A stretch of 64,000 bases of DNA from Spirochaetota bacterium (GCA_016929135.1 JAFGJK010000055.1:22275-86274), one strand, 5' to 3'; shown: positions 9,658 through 20,300, counted from the stretch's first letter. Made by a program: numbers and translations. The notes: generated from the letters alone by a model not told the origin.

Positions 9658-10752
9658 TCATCGTCCCGGGCATCTCTGATCAAGCAGAAAAATTTCATTC
9701 AGATCGATATCATCAGGGGGGACCGGGATCGACACCCTCGCCGCCCCTCTGGAGGATGAGAGATAGATCGCATGCACCGCCTCGAGGGCCCTGTAGCCGT
9801 CGATACCGCTCGATGTGATCGCGGTACCGCGACGATACATGAGCGATTTCACCTCACGGTAAAGTTCCGTGAAGCAATTGTTCCTCCTGCCGGTGGCGAA
9901 CCTTCGCTCGGCCAGGTCGTGAAAGCCGCTGTAGAGTCGCGATCTCTTCCTGACGAAAAGGCGCTCGTATCCGTTGCCGATGACCAGCTTCCCTTCGGTG
10001 CCGGAGATCTCCAGCTCGAAGACGAAGTATCTCATGCCGCCACCCGCCTCTAGGAATACGTTTATGCCCCCCTCCATCCTGCACCAGGCCGCAGCGCCGT
10101 CCTCGTAACCCGCGGACCTGGCGTCTCTGGTGAATTCCCCCTGCACCGAGGAGAAGTCGCCGAAGAGGTAGCGCAGGATGTCCACCAGGTGCGTGCCGTC
10201 ATGCAGGAGCGGACCGCCGCCTTCGTCCAATGAAGAGACACCCCTGTATCCGCCGGTGAGAATCGATGCGTGGACGCTGCGGACCACGCCGATTTTACCG
10301 GTGCCGATGGATCGCTTCAGCGCCCGGTACCGGGAGTCGTAGCGCCGTTCATGGTTGATGATCAGGGCCGTCCTCGAGGCCTTACAGGTGTCGAGGATTG
10401 CCCTGGCCTTCCTGAGCGACGGAGCGATGGGTTTTTCCAGGACAATGACTCTGGCACCTCGCCGGGCCGCCTCAGCGGCGATCAAATCGTGGCTCTCCGT
10501 CCATGTGGCGATAATCGCGAGGTCGGGTTGTACCCGCTGGAGCAGCTCGTCGCTGCTGGTATAGCAGCGCTCTTTCGGGATGCCGGCAACCCTGGAAAAT
10601 GCATCCAGGCGCTTCTGGTTGATGTCGCAGGCGTGGGTGACCGCTATCCCCGCCGCGATCATGCCGCCGTAATGGGTACAGGGGCTGTAGCGCAACGGGT
10701 CGGATTCCAGCATGAACCCGATTCTTCCGCAACCGATGAGGGCTGTTTTCAT
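9658..10752 (-). CDS. Gfo/Idh/MocA family NAD(P)-dependent oxidoreductase
   Basis: N-terminal Rossmann signature MKTALIGCGRIG. EKP motif (VLEKPIAPS). Typical length of about 360 aa. Confidence 0.8.
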   Translation of the reverse strand: MKTALIGCGRIGFMLESDPLRYSPCTHYGGMIAAGIAVTHACDINQKRLDAFSRVAGIPKERCYTSSDELLQRVQPDLAIIATWTESHDLIAAEAARRGARVIVLEKPIAPSLRKARAILDTCKASRTALIINHERRYDSRYRALKRSIGTGKIGVVRSVHASILTGGYRGVSSLDEGGGPLLHDGTHLVDILRYLFGDFSSVQGEFTRDARSAGYEDGAAAWCRMEGGINVFLEAGGGMRYFVFELEISGTEGKLVIGNGYERLFVRKRSRLYSGFHDLAERRFATGRRNNCFTELYREVKSLMYRRGTAITSSGIDGYRALEAVHAIYLSSSRGAARVSIPVPPDDIDLNEIFLLDQRCPGR

Positions 10753-10776
10753 GGCTGCCGTTCTGGCGTTCCGCTG

Positions 10777-12087
10777 TCAGAGGATGGGGAGGTATTCCTT
10801 GATCTCATAATCGGTGACGTACTTGTTGAACATATCCAGCTCCATCCTCTTGTTTTCGATGAACTTCGAGAAGATGAACTCACCGAGGGTCTCCCTCATG
10901 AGATTGCTCGATTCGAAATGCTGCAACGCCTCGTTGAGGCTCCTGGGGAGCGGAACGAAATCGTTGGTGGTAACGGAATCCCTGGTGATCTCGGCGGATT
11001 CGGGGAGATCGTAGTTATTTTGTATCCCCTCGAGCCCCGAGGCGAGCATCACGGCGAAGGCCAGATAGGGGTTGCAGGAGGGATCTGGGTTGCGGAGCTC
11101 AACACGCATCGTGTCGGGTTTGTCCTGCCTGCAGCGGGGGAGCCGCACCAGTGCCGAATCGCTTGTGGTGCTCCACGTGACGTGCGTGGGGGATTCGAAT
11201 CCCCTGGCGATACGCTTGTACGAGTTTATCCACTGATTGGTGACCGCGAAAAACTCGCTGCAGTGCCTCAGCAGGCCTGCCACGTATTGCTCGCATGTGG
11301 TGGACATCAGATTCTTTCTTGTATTATCGAAGAAGACGTTCTTGTCATCCTTGAAGAGCGACTGGTGGATGTGCATTCCCGAGCCGTTCTGGTCCGCCAG
11401 TGGCTTCGGCATGAAGGAAGCGTAGATGCTGTTGAGCTGGCCGATTTCCTTTATGGTGAGCCTGAAGGTTACAATGCTGTCCGCAGTGGTCAGGGCATCC
11501 TCGTGCCTCAGGTCGATCTCGTGCTGGCTGTGGGAGCCTTCATGGTGCGACGATATCACATCGATCCCCATCTCCTCGAGGGTGAGCACCGATTGTCTCC
11601 TGATATCGGTAGCGACGTCGAGCGGGGTGAGGTCGAAGTACCCGCCGCGGTCCAGTGTCTCCGGTGAGGTCGAGTTTTTGAACAGGAAGAATTCAATCTC
11701 GGGGCCGGTGTACAGCGTGTACCCCATGTCGGCAGCTCTCTTGAGGCTCTTTTTCAGGATATAGCGGGGATCCCCGATATAGGGCTCCATGCCCACCTGA
11801 TAGATGTCGCAGATCATTCGTGCGACCGAGTCCTCCTTGGGGCGCCATGGAAGCAGGGTGAATGTGGAGACGTCCGGCATGGCGATCATCTCCTGCTCGT
11901 CCTTTCGTATGAAACCCTGCAGGGTGGATCCGTCGAAACGGACACCCTCGTGAAGTGCGTCCTCAAGCTCTTCGATGGTGATGGCAAAGCTCTTCAGAAA
12001 GCCGAGGATGTCGGTGAACCAGAGCCGTATGAACTTTACGTTTTTTTCCTTCGCGGTTTTCAGTATATATTCTTTGTCATGGTCCAT
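10777..12087 (-). CDS. glnA: Glutamine synthetase, type I
   Basis: Motifs GPEIEFFLF, KPLADQNGSGMHIHQSLF (ATP site) and NPYLAFAV. I use the internal ATG at 12087 (MDHDKEY), preceded by GGAGAG. The longer ORF (to 12168) would overlap the upstream gene. Confidence 0.9.
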   Translation of the reverse strand: MDHDKEYILKTAKEKNVKFIRLWFTDILGFLKSFAITIEELEDALHEGVRFDGSTLQGFIRKDEQEMIAMPDVSTFTLLPWRPKEDSVARMICDIYQVGMEPYIGDPRYILKKSLKRAADMGYTLYTGPEIEFFLFKNSTSPETLDRGGYFDLTPLDVATDIRRQSVLTLEEMGIDVISSHHEGSHSQHEIDLRHEDALTTADSIVTFRLTIKEIGQLNSIYASFMPKPLADQNGSGMHIHQSLFKDDKNVFFDNTRKNLMSTTCEQYVAGLLRHCSEFFAVTNQWINSYKRIARGFESPTHVTWSTTSDSALVRLPRCRQDKPDTMRVELRNPDPSCNPYLAFAVMLASGLEGIQNNYDLPESAEITRDSVTTNDFVPLPRSLNEALQHFESSNLMRETLGEFIFSKFIENKRMELDMFNKYVTDYEIKEYLPIL

Positions 12088-12164
12088 GGATATTTCTCTC
12101 CGCGTATCGCTTCGCGCTCTGACGCGATGGTAGAATCCGGAGTGCCGGAAAAATTCGGTTTCCG

Positions 12165-13166
12165 TCACCAGCTGATGAATATCAGTACAATGAACAGCGC
12201 AAGAATAATGACAAACAGCAGGAGCATGAATATGGTCCCCTTCGATAATCCGGGACCGGACTCCCGTGGCTCGAAGGACTTCATTTTCTGCTGCATCGAT
12301 GCATCGAGTATCTTTTTCTTTATAGGGCCGTCTATCGACGGGTCGTAAATGCGGAGCTTGACCTGCTTCTCTTCCTCGGTAAATTTCCCGTAGATACCTG
12401 ATCCGATGAGCGTCAGTATCTCCACCGGGTCCTTCTTGCCGCTTCCGGCCTTGATATCGATCACCTCTGCCGGGATGGGACGAATCTGCTTGTCCTCCCG
12501 GAGGTCCAGGAGATCGATGAAATAATTCGCACGGTCAGAAATGGCCTGGATCTTGATGATAATCTTGTCGCCGATCTTGAGCTCATAGATCGGCTTCCCC
12601 CTGACGGGAGAGACGATCGGTTTCACCGGCAGTATGACCGCAGCGTCCTCGGTGGCGGCGGAGCCTTCGCTTTTCTGGGCAGGTTCTTCCTCACCCTTTT
12701 TATCTCTGTTCTTCTTCGTTTCGTAATAATCCCGCTGTGTCACTTCCTGAATGCCGGTTTCCAGTATGAGGCTCTTGTCGTGGAGCACACGGTTTATCAG
12801 GTCGAAGATGGTGATATCGACGTTGCTGTAGTCGTATTTATAGACGCTCTGATAGAACTCCTTGAGCAGCTTTACCTCATCAGAGAGGGCCTTGATGTGG
12901 TCCATAATGGAATGGGTGATATTGGCATTGAAGTTGCCCTTCCATTTGACATCGGCGATGTATTCTTCGTACCGGTTCCATTCCTCGTGCGGCTCCATGT
13001 TGTAGATCTCGGAATAGGTCGATGCCACAACGGCGTAGGAATCGATGGTATTCTCGTTTTTAAAAATGATCATGATCTGGCCGTACAGATTCATGGACGG
13101 TGACTTGAACCTTCCCTTTACTATAAGGTAGTTATCACCGTATACTCGAGTCGCGTCGGAATCCAT
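12165..13166 (-). CDS. Hypothetical tail-anchored membrane protein
   Basis: 333 aa with a single C-terminal TM (IFMLLLFVIILALFIVLIFISW) and a charged linker. No recognisable domain. GGTGAG lies upstream of the ATG. The region is visibly more AT-rich than its neighbours. Confidence 0.55.
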   Translation of the reverse strand: MDSDATRVYGDNYLIVKGRFKSPSMNLYGQIMIIFKNENTIDSYAVVASTYSEIYNMEPHEEWNRYEEYIADVKWKGNFNANITHSIMDHIKALSDEVKLLKEFYQSVYKYDYSNVDITIFDLINRVLHDKSLILETGIQEVTQRDYYETKKNRDKKGEEEPAQKSEGSAATEDAAVILPVKPIVSPVRGKPIYELKIGDKIIIKIQAISDRANYFIDLLDLREDKQIRPIPAEVIDIKAGSGKKDPVEILTLIGSGIYGKFTEEEKQVKLRIYDPSIDGPIKKKILDASMQQKMKSFEPRESGPGLSKGTIFMLLLFVIILALFIVLIFISW

Positions 13167-13247
13167 ATCTCACCGTTATTGATTACTTATAGGAGAATAT
13201 CGGGAAGCAGTCACTGTCAACCTTGGGTATATTTATCGTAATGATTA

Positions 13248-13275
13248 ATTGTAATAGAAAACCTCATTGTGTCAA
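13248..13275 (-). promoter_or_regulatory. Candidate sigma70-type promoter for the 12165-13166 gene (and possibly glnA)
   Basis: The minus strand reads TTGACA-16 nt-TACAAT (-35 at 13270-13275, -10 at 13248-13253), about 80 nt upstream of the ATG at 13166, inside an AT-rich divergent intergenic region. Confidence 0.4.
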
Positions 13276-13527
13276 TATAAAAATCGGGGTCCGCTCAATA
13301 AATTGCTCTATACACACGACCGCGCGGAGCGGTCCCGGACTTCGCTGACCAATAAATTTGGGTGCTGCAAAGAAATATACTTGTAATATTTCAATCATTT
13401 ATGGTTAAATATGGGAGTGAATGCAGGATTTATGATTTGATTTCCGCAATTATCGTACGATATACAATGTAGGGATGTACTAGGTGGCGTTCACCAATCT
13501 GTGAGTATTCCAGGGAGCCGATACCGT

Positions 13528-13971
13528 ATGGAACAGGAGAAGGGGAAGGGGCACTATATATCGCTGGCGGTGAAGATCATCATCGTTGTCCTGGTGCTCG
13601 GTTTCGCGTTTTACATAGTGTATTTCAAGACGATGCGGGGCCGCGCCCGGATGATACTCTCCGATAGGGAGATCGAATCATCATCGGATGATTACAAGAC
13701 AAGTGACTTCAATATCAACAGCAGGATATATTTTCATATATCGCGGCGAAATTCGACGCTGGACGGTGCGGAGGTCGCCCTGGACATCGAGAAGATGAAG
13801 GGGGATGACTTTTCCCACTATAAGAGAATAAGCTATGAGATTGACAGGCAGTTTAAGAAGATACAATCATACATTCCCGAAGAGTACCTGTCCGGTCCCG
13901 GGAAATACCGTATCAAACTGCTGATCGACGGAAAGGTCATGTCCGTCGAGGAAATAAACGTAGGAGAATGA
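13528..13971 (+). CDS. Hypothetical N-terminally anchored protein with a small beta-sandwich-like C-terminal domain
   Basis: One TM (LAVKIIIVVLVLGFAFYIVYF). The C-terminal PGKYRIKLLIDGKVMSVEEINV resembles the tail of the 51513-51968 lipoprotein. ATG 13528 is preferred over GTG 13501. Confidence 0.45.
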   Translation: MEQEKGKGHYISLAVKIIIVVLVLGFAFYIVYFKTMRGRARMILSDREIESSSDDYKTSDFNINSRIYFHISRRNSTLDGAEVALDIEKMKGDDFSHYKRISYEIDRQFKKIQSYIPEEYLSGPGKYRIKLLIDGKVMSVEEINVGE

Positions 13972-14044
13972 GGCGGATCCCCGCAGCGTACGGCAGTCCC
14001 TCCAGAGAGAGAGGGGGTTTATCATCATAGAAGGCAGGGGCACC

Positions 14045-15244
14045 ATGAGGAGGAATTCTGTATTCCGGCGTATCTGCATCCTACTGGTAACAGTCGTGGC
14101 GATGCCTGTCGCCGTTTTCCCCTTCTCCGATCAGACAACATCGGAGAGGATTCTCAGGGAGAACAAGCATTTCGTGGAATTCGTCAACGATGGTATAACC
14201 AATTTTGCCGAGGATAAAATCGACAGCTACCGGAAGGCCTACGAGCTCCATTTTAATGCCGACGTGGCATTTCTCCAGGCAGACTACCGCAGGACATATA
14301 AAAAGATATACGCCTCCCAGGGAATCCTCGCCTCCCTCTATTCAGACATAGTGAAGGACGTGTACCTGGAAGATTCAAAGAACATACTCGATACGATAGC
14401 CCCCCGTGTCATCAGCTCGAAAAATGCAAGGGCAAGGCTCTTCCTGACGCTGGGATACCGGGACAGGACCATCAGCTGGACGCATTTCACCGTCGGCGAT
14501 GCATCGAATCCCAAGCTCTACTCATATCGCATCTACAAATACATCAAGGCGATCCAGTACGCGCGCCGTGCGAAGCGATATGCCTTTCTGGCCCTCTTCG
14601 AAAGCCAGGATACCGAAACCAAGCGCAGAATATACGCCAACGTCATGAAGACGGAGAACCAGAAGGGGAATCCCTTTTTTAGCCGGTTCGTCGACCTGGA
14701 GGAAAAGGAATACATCCGGGAGATGAGCAAGGAGTTCGAGGATTACGAAAGGGAGCAGAGGGAAAAAACCGCTGCCCAGACAAAGGAGGAGGGGGGACAA
14801 GCCTCGCCAGCCTCCTTTGAGAAGAACGTGGAGAAAAGAGTCAGGTTCCGAAACGAGAAGCGCACCGCCAGATTCCTCATTAACACTGAATACGATCCCG
14901 CAGAGGATATCATGCGGTCCTATCTGGAGGACTTTAATTTCAAGCTGATCAATTCGACATTTGAAATTCTATCGACGACCGGCGGTGCGAGCCCAGGGAA
15001 GGAGGCCACGGGTTCGGAAAAGGGGGAATCGCAGAGAATTGATTATAATAAGTACAAAATCCACCTGATGGATAATTATTCCCGGCTGGCGAAGAATTCA
15101 GTCCTTGAAAGCTTCTACGGACAGGTGGCGGTGGAGGATGCGGTCGACGAGGATACAATGAAGGCCGAGATCCCCGAAAAGGAGGATCATTCCGATAAGG
15201 AATCGAAAGAACCTGCCAATAAGGAAACCGGCGGCGCGCAATAA
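14045..15244 (+). CDS. Hypothetical secreted protein (helical, charged C-terminal half)
   Basis: 399 aa with a signal peptide (ICILLVTVVAMPVAVFPF). No recognisable domain. Co-directional with the downstream cyclase gene. Confidence 0.55.
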   Translation: MRRNSVFRRICILLVTVVAMPVAVFPFSDQTTSERILRENKHFVEFVNDGITNFAEDKIDSYRKAYELHFNADVAFLQADYRRTYKKIYASQGILASLYSDIVKDVYLEDSKNILDTIAPRVISSKNARARLFLTLGYRDRTISWTHFTVGDASNPKLYSYRIYKYIKAIQYARRAKRYAFLALFESQDTETKRRIYANVMKTENQKGNPFFSRFVDLEEKEYIREMSKEFEDYEREQREKTAAQTKEEGGQASPASFEKNVEKRVRFRNEKRTARFLINTEYDPAEDIMRSYLEDFNFKLINSTFEILSTTGGASPGKEATGSEKGESQRIDYNKYKIHLMDNYSRLAKNSVLESFYGQVAVEDAVDEDTMKAEIPEKEDHSDKESKEPANKETGGAQ

Positions 15245-15434
15245 TTTTTACGCGGAGAGACTGGCAAAATCCCCTCAGGGATGTTAATATAAAGTATGAG
15301 ACGAATATTTTACGGCATTATGGTCCTGTACTCGATTGTGTTTGGTGTGGTAATTCTGCTCGATATCATATACTGGCTTCTGTATTAGGTGAATGTGGCC
15401 GTATACAACATAACTTGAAAGGAAATTGCGTTTA

Positions 15435-17327
15435 ATGGCAAACAGGGAAGAAAGCAGGAACAGTGAATTCGGTTTTTTTTCAAGGCTCAATATACGGGCG
15501 AAGCTTATCTCCATCATCTCGCTTATCATTATTACCTCTCTTTCAGGGATGATCATTTTGGCGTCGTTCTTCTTCCGGAGAGATACCGAGGTGCGAATCG
15601 AGGAGATGAACCTGAATATCGCCGAGATTACTTCTTCCAAGGTGCAGGTGGAATTCTCGTCAATAATCGATAAGCTGAACCTCATGGGGACGACGTTGAT
15701 CCAGCAGTTCCGTTCGAGGGAGCAGCAGGACCTCTTTACCAACATCTTCTTCAGAAACGATAAGAGCATTGTTTTCGTCGGTGTCGCCGAGAGGGAAGGC
15801 GAGGGCCTTGATTTCAGGAAGACCCTGTTCAACAGCGGATTCATGGAGAATAACAAGTTCTCTGAAGACGACATGGCCTCCATAACGCGGAAAAACGGCA
15901 GCAAGCTGGTAAGGGCCTTCAACAACCAGGTGGTGGTGGAGAACGTCTCAAGCGATTTTAAAATGCCGGTAATCGCCGTTGTTATGCCCTTTCAGAAGGC
16001 GGGGAACACCGTGCAGTCGGTCGTCTGCTCCTACATGAAGCTCGACCGTTTCCTGCAGACATTCAGGAAAACGGGAGATATCAGGGATACCTTCATGGTG
16101 AACGACCGTGGCGATGTACTGGCGCACCCGGATGGCAAGATCGTGCTCTCCCACGGCAACCTCATCAACCTGCCCATTGTCAAGATGATGCTTGAGAGCC
16201 GCAGCGACAACGGACAGACGCGCTACAAGGACCTGAATGGCGTATATCACATCGGCGCATTCAAGAAGATCGGACTGAGCGGCATCGGGGTCATCGCCAC
16301 CGTTGAGGAGGCAAGGGCCTTTCAGGCGGTGTATGACATTCAGAGGCGGAATATTTATATAATGGTAATAGTCCTGACGCTGGCGATACTTATCGTCTAC
16401 TTCTTCGGAAAAACCCTCACCACGCCGATCGTACGTCTCGTGGGCGCAACGAAGGAGATCGAACAGGGGAACTTCAGGGTCAACATCGTTCCCGCATCGG
16501 GTGATGAGATCGGACAGCTTACGAGCTCCTTCATCGCCATGGGGAGGGGCCTCGAGGAGCGGGAAAAACTGAAGGAGACCTTCGGCAAGTTCGTGAACAA
16601 GGAGATCGCCGAGCGGGTATTGAAGGGCGAGATTAAGCTCGGAGGGGAACGGGTAGATGCGGCGATTTTCTTCTCCGACATACGCTCCTTCACCGCCATA
16701 TCTGAAAAGCTTCAGCCGGAGGAGGTCGTGGAATTCCTCAACCAGTACATGACTCGGATGGTGAACTGCGTGAACCGGACCTTCGGGGTCGTTGACAAGT
16801 ATATCGGCGATGCGATTATGGCCGTATGGGGAGCACCGATATCCAAGGGGAACGACACCGAGAACGCCATAAACGGCGCGCTGATGATGCGGAAGGAGCT
16901 CATGGAATTCAACAAGGGGCGCGGCGGCGAGAAGAAGCCGATCATCAAGATCGGATGCGGCATCAACAGCGGCCCCGTGCTGGCCGGTCAGATCGGTTCG
17001 GAAGACAGGATGGAGTATACCGTTATCGGAGACACGGTGAACCTCGCCTCAAGGATCGAGTCGCTGAACAAGCCCTTCGGTACCGATATCCTTATCTCCT
17101 CGGATTCCTATGGGCAGGTCAGGAACATATACCGCGTCGAACCGATGCAGAAGATCAAGGTCAAGGGGAAGACCGAGCCGCAGCAGATTTATGCCGTCCT
17201 GGGCAGGGCAGATGACCAGACCGCACCGCGCTCGCTGGAAGACCTGAGAAGGATTCTCGGGATTGAGATGAAGGGGAAACCGCAGGGTGAGACGGAGGAA
17301 GAAGTGAAATATGAAATCCTGGAATAG
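15435..17327 (+). CDS. Membrane-bound class III adenylate/guanylate cyclase with extracytoplasmic Cache-like sensor and HAMP domain
   Basis: TM1, an extracytoplasmic region of about 250 aa, TM2 (IMVIVLTLAILIVYFF), HAMP (PIVRLVGATKEIEQGNF...GDEIGQLTSSF), then cyclase motifs FFSDIRSFT, KYIGDAIMAVWGAP, GINSGPVLAGQIG and YTVIGDTVNLASR. ATG 15435 follows AAAGGAAA. Confidence 0.9.
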   Translation: MANREESRNSEFGFFSRLNIRAKLISIISLIIITSLSGMIILASFFFRRDTEVRIEEMNLNIAEITSSKVQVEFSSIIDKLNLMGTTLIQQFRSREQQDLFTNIFFRNDKSIVFVGVAEREGEGLDFRKTLFNSGFMENNKFSEDDMASITRKNGSKLVRAFNNQVVVENVSSDFKMPVIAVVMPFQKAGNTVQSVVCSYMKLDRFLQTFRKTGDIRDTFMVNDRGDVLAHPDGKIVLSHGNLINLPIVKMMLESRSDNGQTRYKDLNGVYHIGAFKKIGLSGIGVIATVEEARAFQAVYDIQRRNIYIMVIVLTLAILIVYFFGKTLTTPIVRLVGATKEIEQGNFRVNIVPASGDEIGQLTSSFIAMGRGLEEREKLKETFGKFVNKEIAERVLKGEIKLGGERVDAAIFFSDIRSFTAISEKLQPEEVVEFLNQYMTRMVNCVNRTFGVVDKYIGDAIMAVWGAPISKGNDTENAINGALMMRKELMEFNKGRGGEKKPIIKIGCGINSGPVLAGQIGSEDRMEYTVIGDTVNLASRIESLNKPFGTDILISSDSYGQVRNIYRVEPMQKIKVKGKTEPQQIYAVLGRADDQTAPRSLEDLRRILGIEMKGKPQGETEEEVKYEILE

Positions 17328-20300
17328 CGATTTCATCGTCGTTGGCGTCAGTACGCTGATCATCCTCCTGTTTTCAACGCTCCTCTACTTCGATTTCACG
17401 AAACGGTTGAGTGTGGCGAACGCCCAGGAGATAGGCACCATCACGTTCAAGAAAAAGGTAGCCCAGCGTAAATACTCGGGCCAGGTGGTATGGGAGGAGA
17501 TCGAGCAGAGCACCCGTGTCTTCAACAACGACACCATTCGGACCGCAGACATCTCGGAGGCGGTGGTCCATCTCAAGGACGGGACCGATATAAGCCTTGA
17601 TGAAAACAGCATGATATTTCTCTCGATCGACGAGAATGCCATCAATATCAACTTCACCCAGGGATCAATATTCGCAAAGCGGGGGAACATCCAGGGTGAT
17701 GTGAAGGAGATCACGATCCAGTCTCAGGATGCCACGGTATCCATAGAAAAGAGCGATATACAACTCACGAAAACCGAGAGCAAGGACCTAGATCTCACGG
17801 TGACAGGCGGGAGCGCCAGGGTGCAGATCGCGAACACTGAAAAGGTGGTGGGCAAGGACGAAAAGGTGGTGCTGGAGAAGGGCGCGAAGGAGGTGAAGAT
17901 CGTCAAGCTCCAGCTCAAGCCGCTGACACCCGAGCCGAACAAATTCTTCGTGACCACAGGCGATTCCGTCGCGGTGAACTTCGCCTGGGAGGCGGTGGAG
18001 GAAGGCTCCGGCGTCTATCTGGAGATATCAAGGGACAGGGGTTTCGCGAACAAGATCGTGAGCCGGAAGGTGCCGCAGAATAGCGTAACGGAGGATCTTG
18101 ACGCGGGGACCTACTACTGGCAGCTCCGGGCGGTGAATGAAAAGAATGGCGGAACCGACGTGAGCCCCGGCAGGAAGCTTACCATCCTGAGGGAAAAGCC
18201 GGTGCGTCCCATACAGCCTGAGGCGAGGAGAAACTATTCCTACACCTCGCAGCCGCCGATGATAAATTTCCGCTGGTCCCCTGGCGAACTTGCAACGGGA
18301 TACGTGATAGAGATAGCCAAGGACCCGCAGTATAAATCGATGGTGAAATCGGTGGAGACATCGCTCACATCGATCGCCTTCGGCGACCTTACCGAGGGGG
18401 AATACTACTGGAGGGTGAGGTCTAAGGTACAGTTCGGGACGATGGCGAAGGACAGCGCCGGCGAGAGTATTCCCTTCAGTGTCAAGCGGATCAACGAGAT
18501 TACCCCCCCCGATCTCATCGCGCCGCAGGACAAGAGGGTCGTGAGCGCGGAGCTCATCAAGAAAAAGGAGTTGGTCTTCAGCTGGAGTGCGGACTCGCGG
18601 TTCGCCAGTTACAGGGTATTCATCGCCAGGGACAAAGAATTCAAGGATGTGGTTGCGGGGCCCGTGGTGAATACGAACTACTACACAGCCGCCGGCGAAT
18701 TCAATGCCGGTGAGTACTTCTGGAGGGTGCAGCCGGTCGCCCAGGGTGATGCGAGCGTTCCCTTCTCAAGGGACCGTTCCTTCACCGTGATCGCGACGGA
18801 CAAGCTGGCGCTCCTTCTGCCGGTCCAGAACATGGAGATCCTCCTGAAGGAGGAACAGAAGAATGTTCCGGTCTCGTTCACCTGGGAGAGGTCTTCAATA
18901 AAGGGGGAGTTTCAGTTCGAGATCGCGGGGGACAAGGGATTCGCCGGGATCATTGAACGGAAAATTCTCTCCGCATCCTCCATGACACTTCCGGCGATGA
19001 AGGCCGGGAAGTATTACTGGCGGATCAGGCTTTTGGACGACAACAAGAACCAGATACTGGGGAGCGATATTCGAGAATTCTCCATAGCGATACCGAAGAA
19101 GGAGATCGCGGCCGTGGCAGAAGCGGAGAAAGCGGCTGCCCTGGAGAAGGAGCGGATTGAGAAGGAGAAGCTGGATAAGGAGAAGAAAGAGAAGGAATTG
19201 CTCGTCGGCACCGTACTGACGGTCAGTTCGCCGGTTGGGCGCAGCGTCATTTACATTGGCGGCAAACTGAGGGGGACAAAGACGGTGACGGTCAAGGCGA
19301 CCCCGGGTGAGAAGGTGAACGTTCTCGTCAAGACCCCGGGATACGAGGAATTCAGGACCGAGGTGGTGCTGGAGGCGGGAGAAAAGAAAACGGTTTACGC
19401 AAGGCTGGTGGACATGAAGCTCATGCCGAGGATGCAGTGGAAGACCAATGTGCAGGCCTCGGTGACATCGAAGCCGGTATTCGAAAAGGACATCATTGTC
19501 GTCGCCACCGGAAGGGGAGGGGTCGTGGCCCTCAACAAATACGGAAACATTCTGTGGCGCCAGTATCTCGGGAGCGTAACGAAGTCGACCCCGGTGATAC
19601 ACGAGTCGTCGGTGTATGTCACTACCGTGGATTCCAAGATCTATTCGCTCGATATCACCAGCGGCAAGGTGCGCTGGAACCAGAAAATCGACGGACCGCT
19701 TCTTTTCGGAGCCCAGCCGCTGGCGGTGAACGGGAAGCTTTTCGTCGCCACCAGCTACGGGAAGGTCGCCGCCTTCTCCGCAGCGGACGGGAAGGAGCTC
19801 TGGATTCGTGATCTCAAGGCGGGCATATTTTCCTCGATGGATCACCATGATGACCTGCTGTATATCGGCACAGACCAGTCCATCGTCTACGCCCTTGATG
19901 ATGACGACGGGGATGTGGACTGGGATTTCGATGTCGACAGCAGGATAATCTCCTCGTCTCCGAAGGTCTATAAGGACAACGTCTATGTGGGGTGTTACAG
20001 CGGGTCCTTCTATGCCATCGACGCCTCTCGGGGAAGGATGCGCTGGAAGTTCGACATGAAGAAATCGATATTCTCCAACCCGGCCTTCCACGACGATACC
20101 GTGTATATCGGTGCATCCGACGGTACTCTCTACGCACTTGATGCGAGAAAGGGGAGCCTCCAGTGGAAGTTCAATACCGGGAGCAAGATGATGTCGGAAC
20201 CGGATATCCTGAAGGACGAGATATTCGTGACCAGCGGCAATTCGGTCTATTCCCTGAAGATGGATACGGGGAGGGTGAGCTGGATGGAAAAATTCGACAA

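Noticed and set aside
12131-12148. Possible sigma54 (-24/-12) promoter upstream of glnA: the minus strand reads CCGGCACTCCGGATTCTA.
   Set aside because: GGCAC is present, but the -12 element is ATTC instead of TTGC, and the first base of TGGCAC is C. The match is too weak to call without a position-weight-matrix score or an NtrC-type enhancer site.
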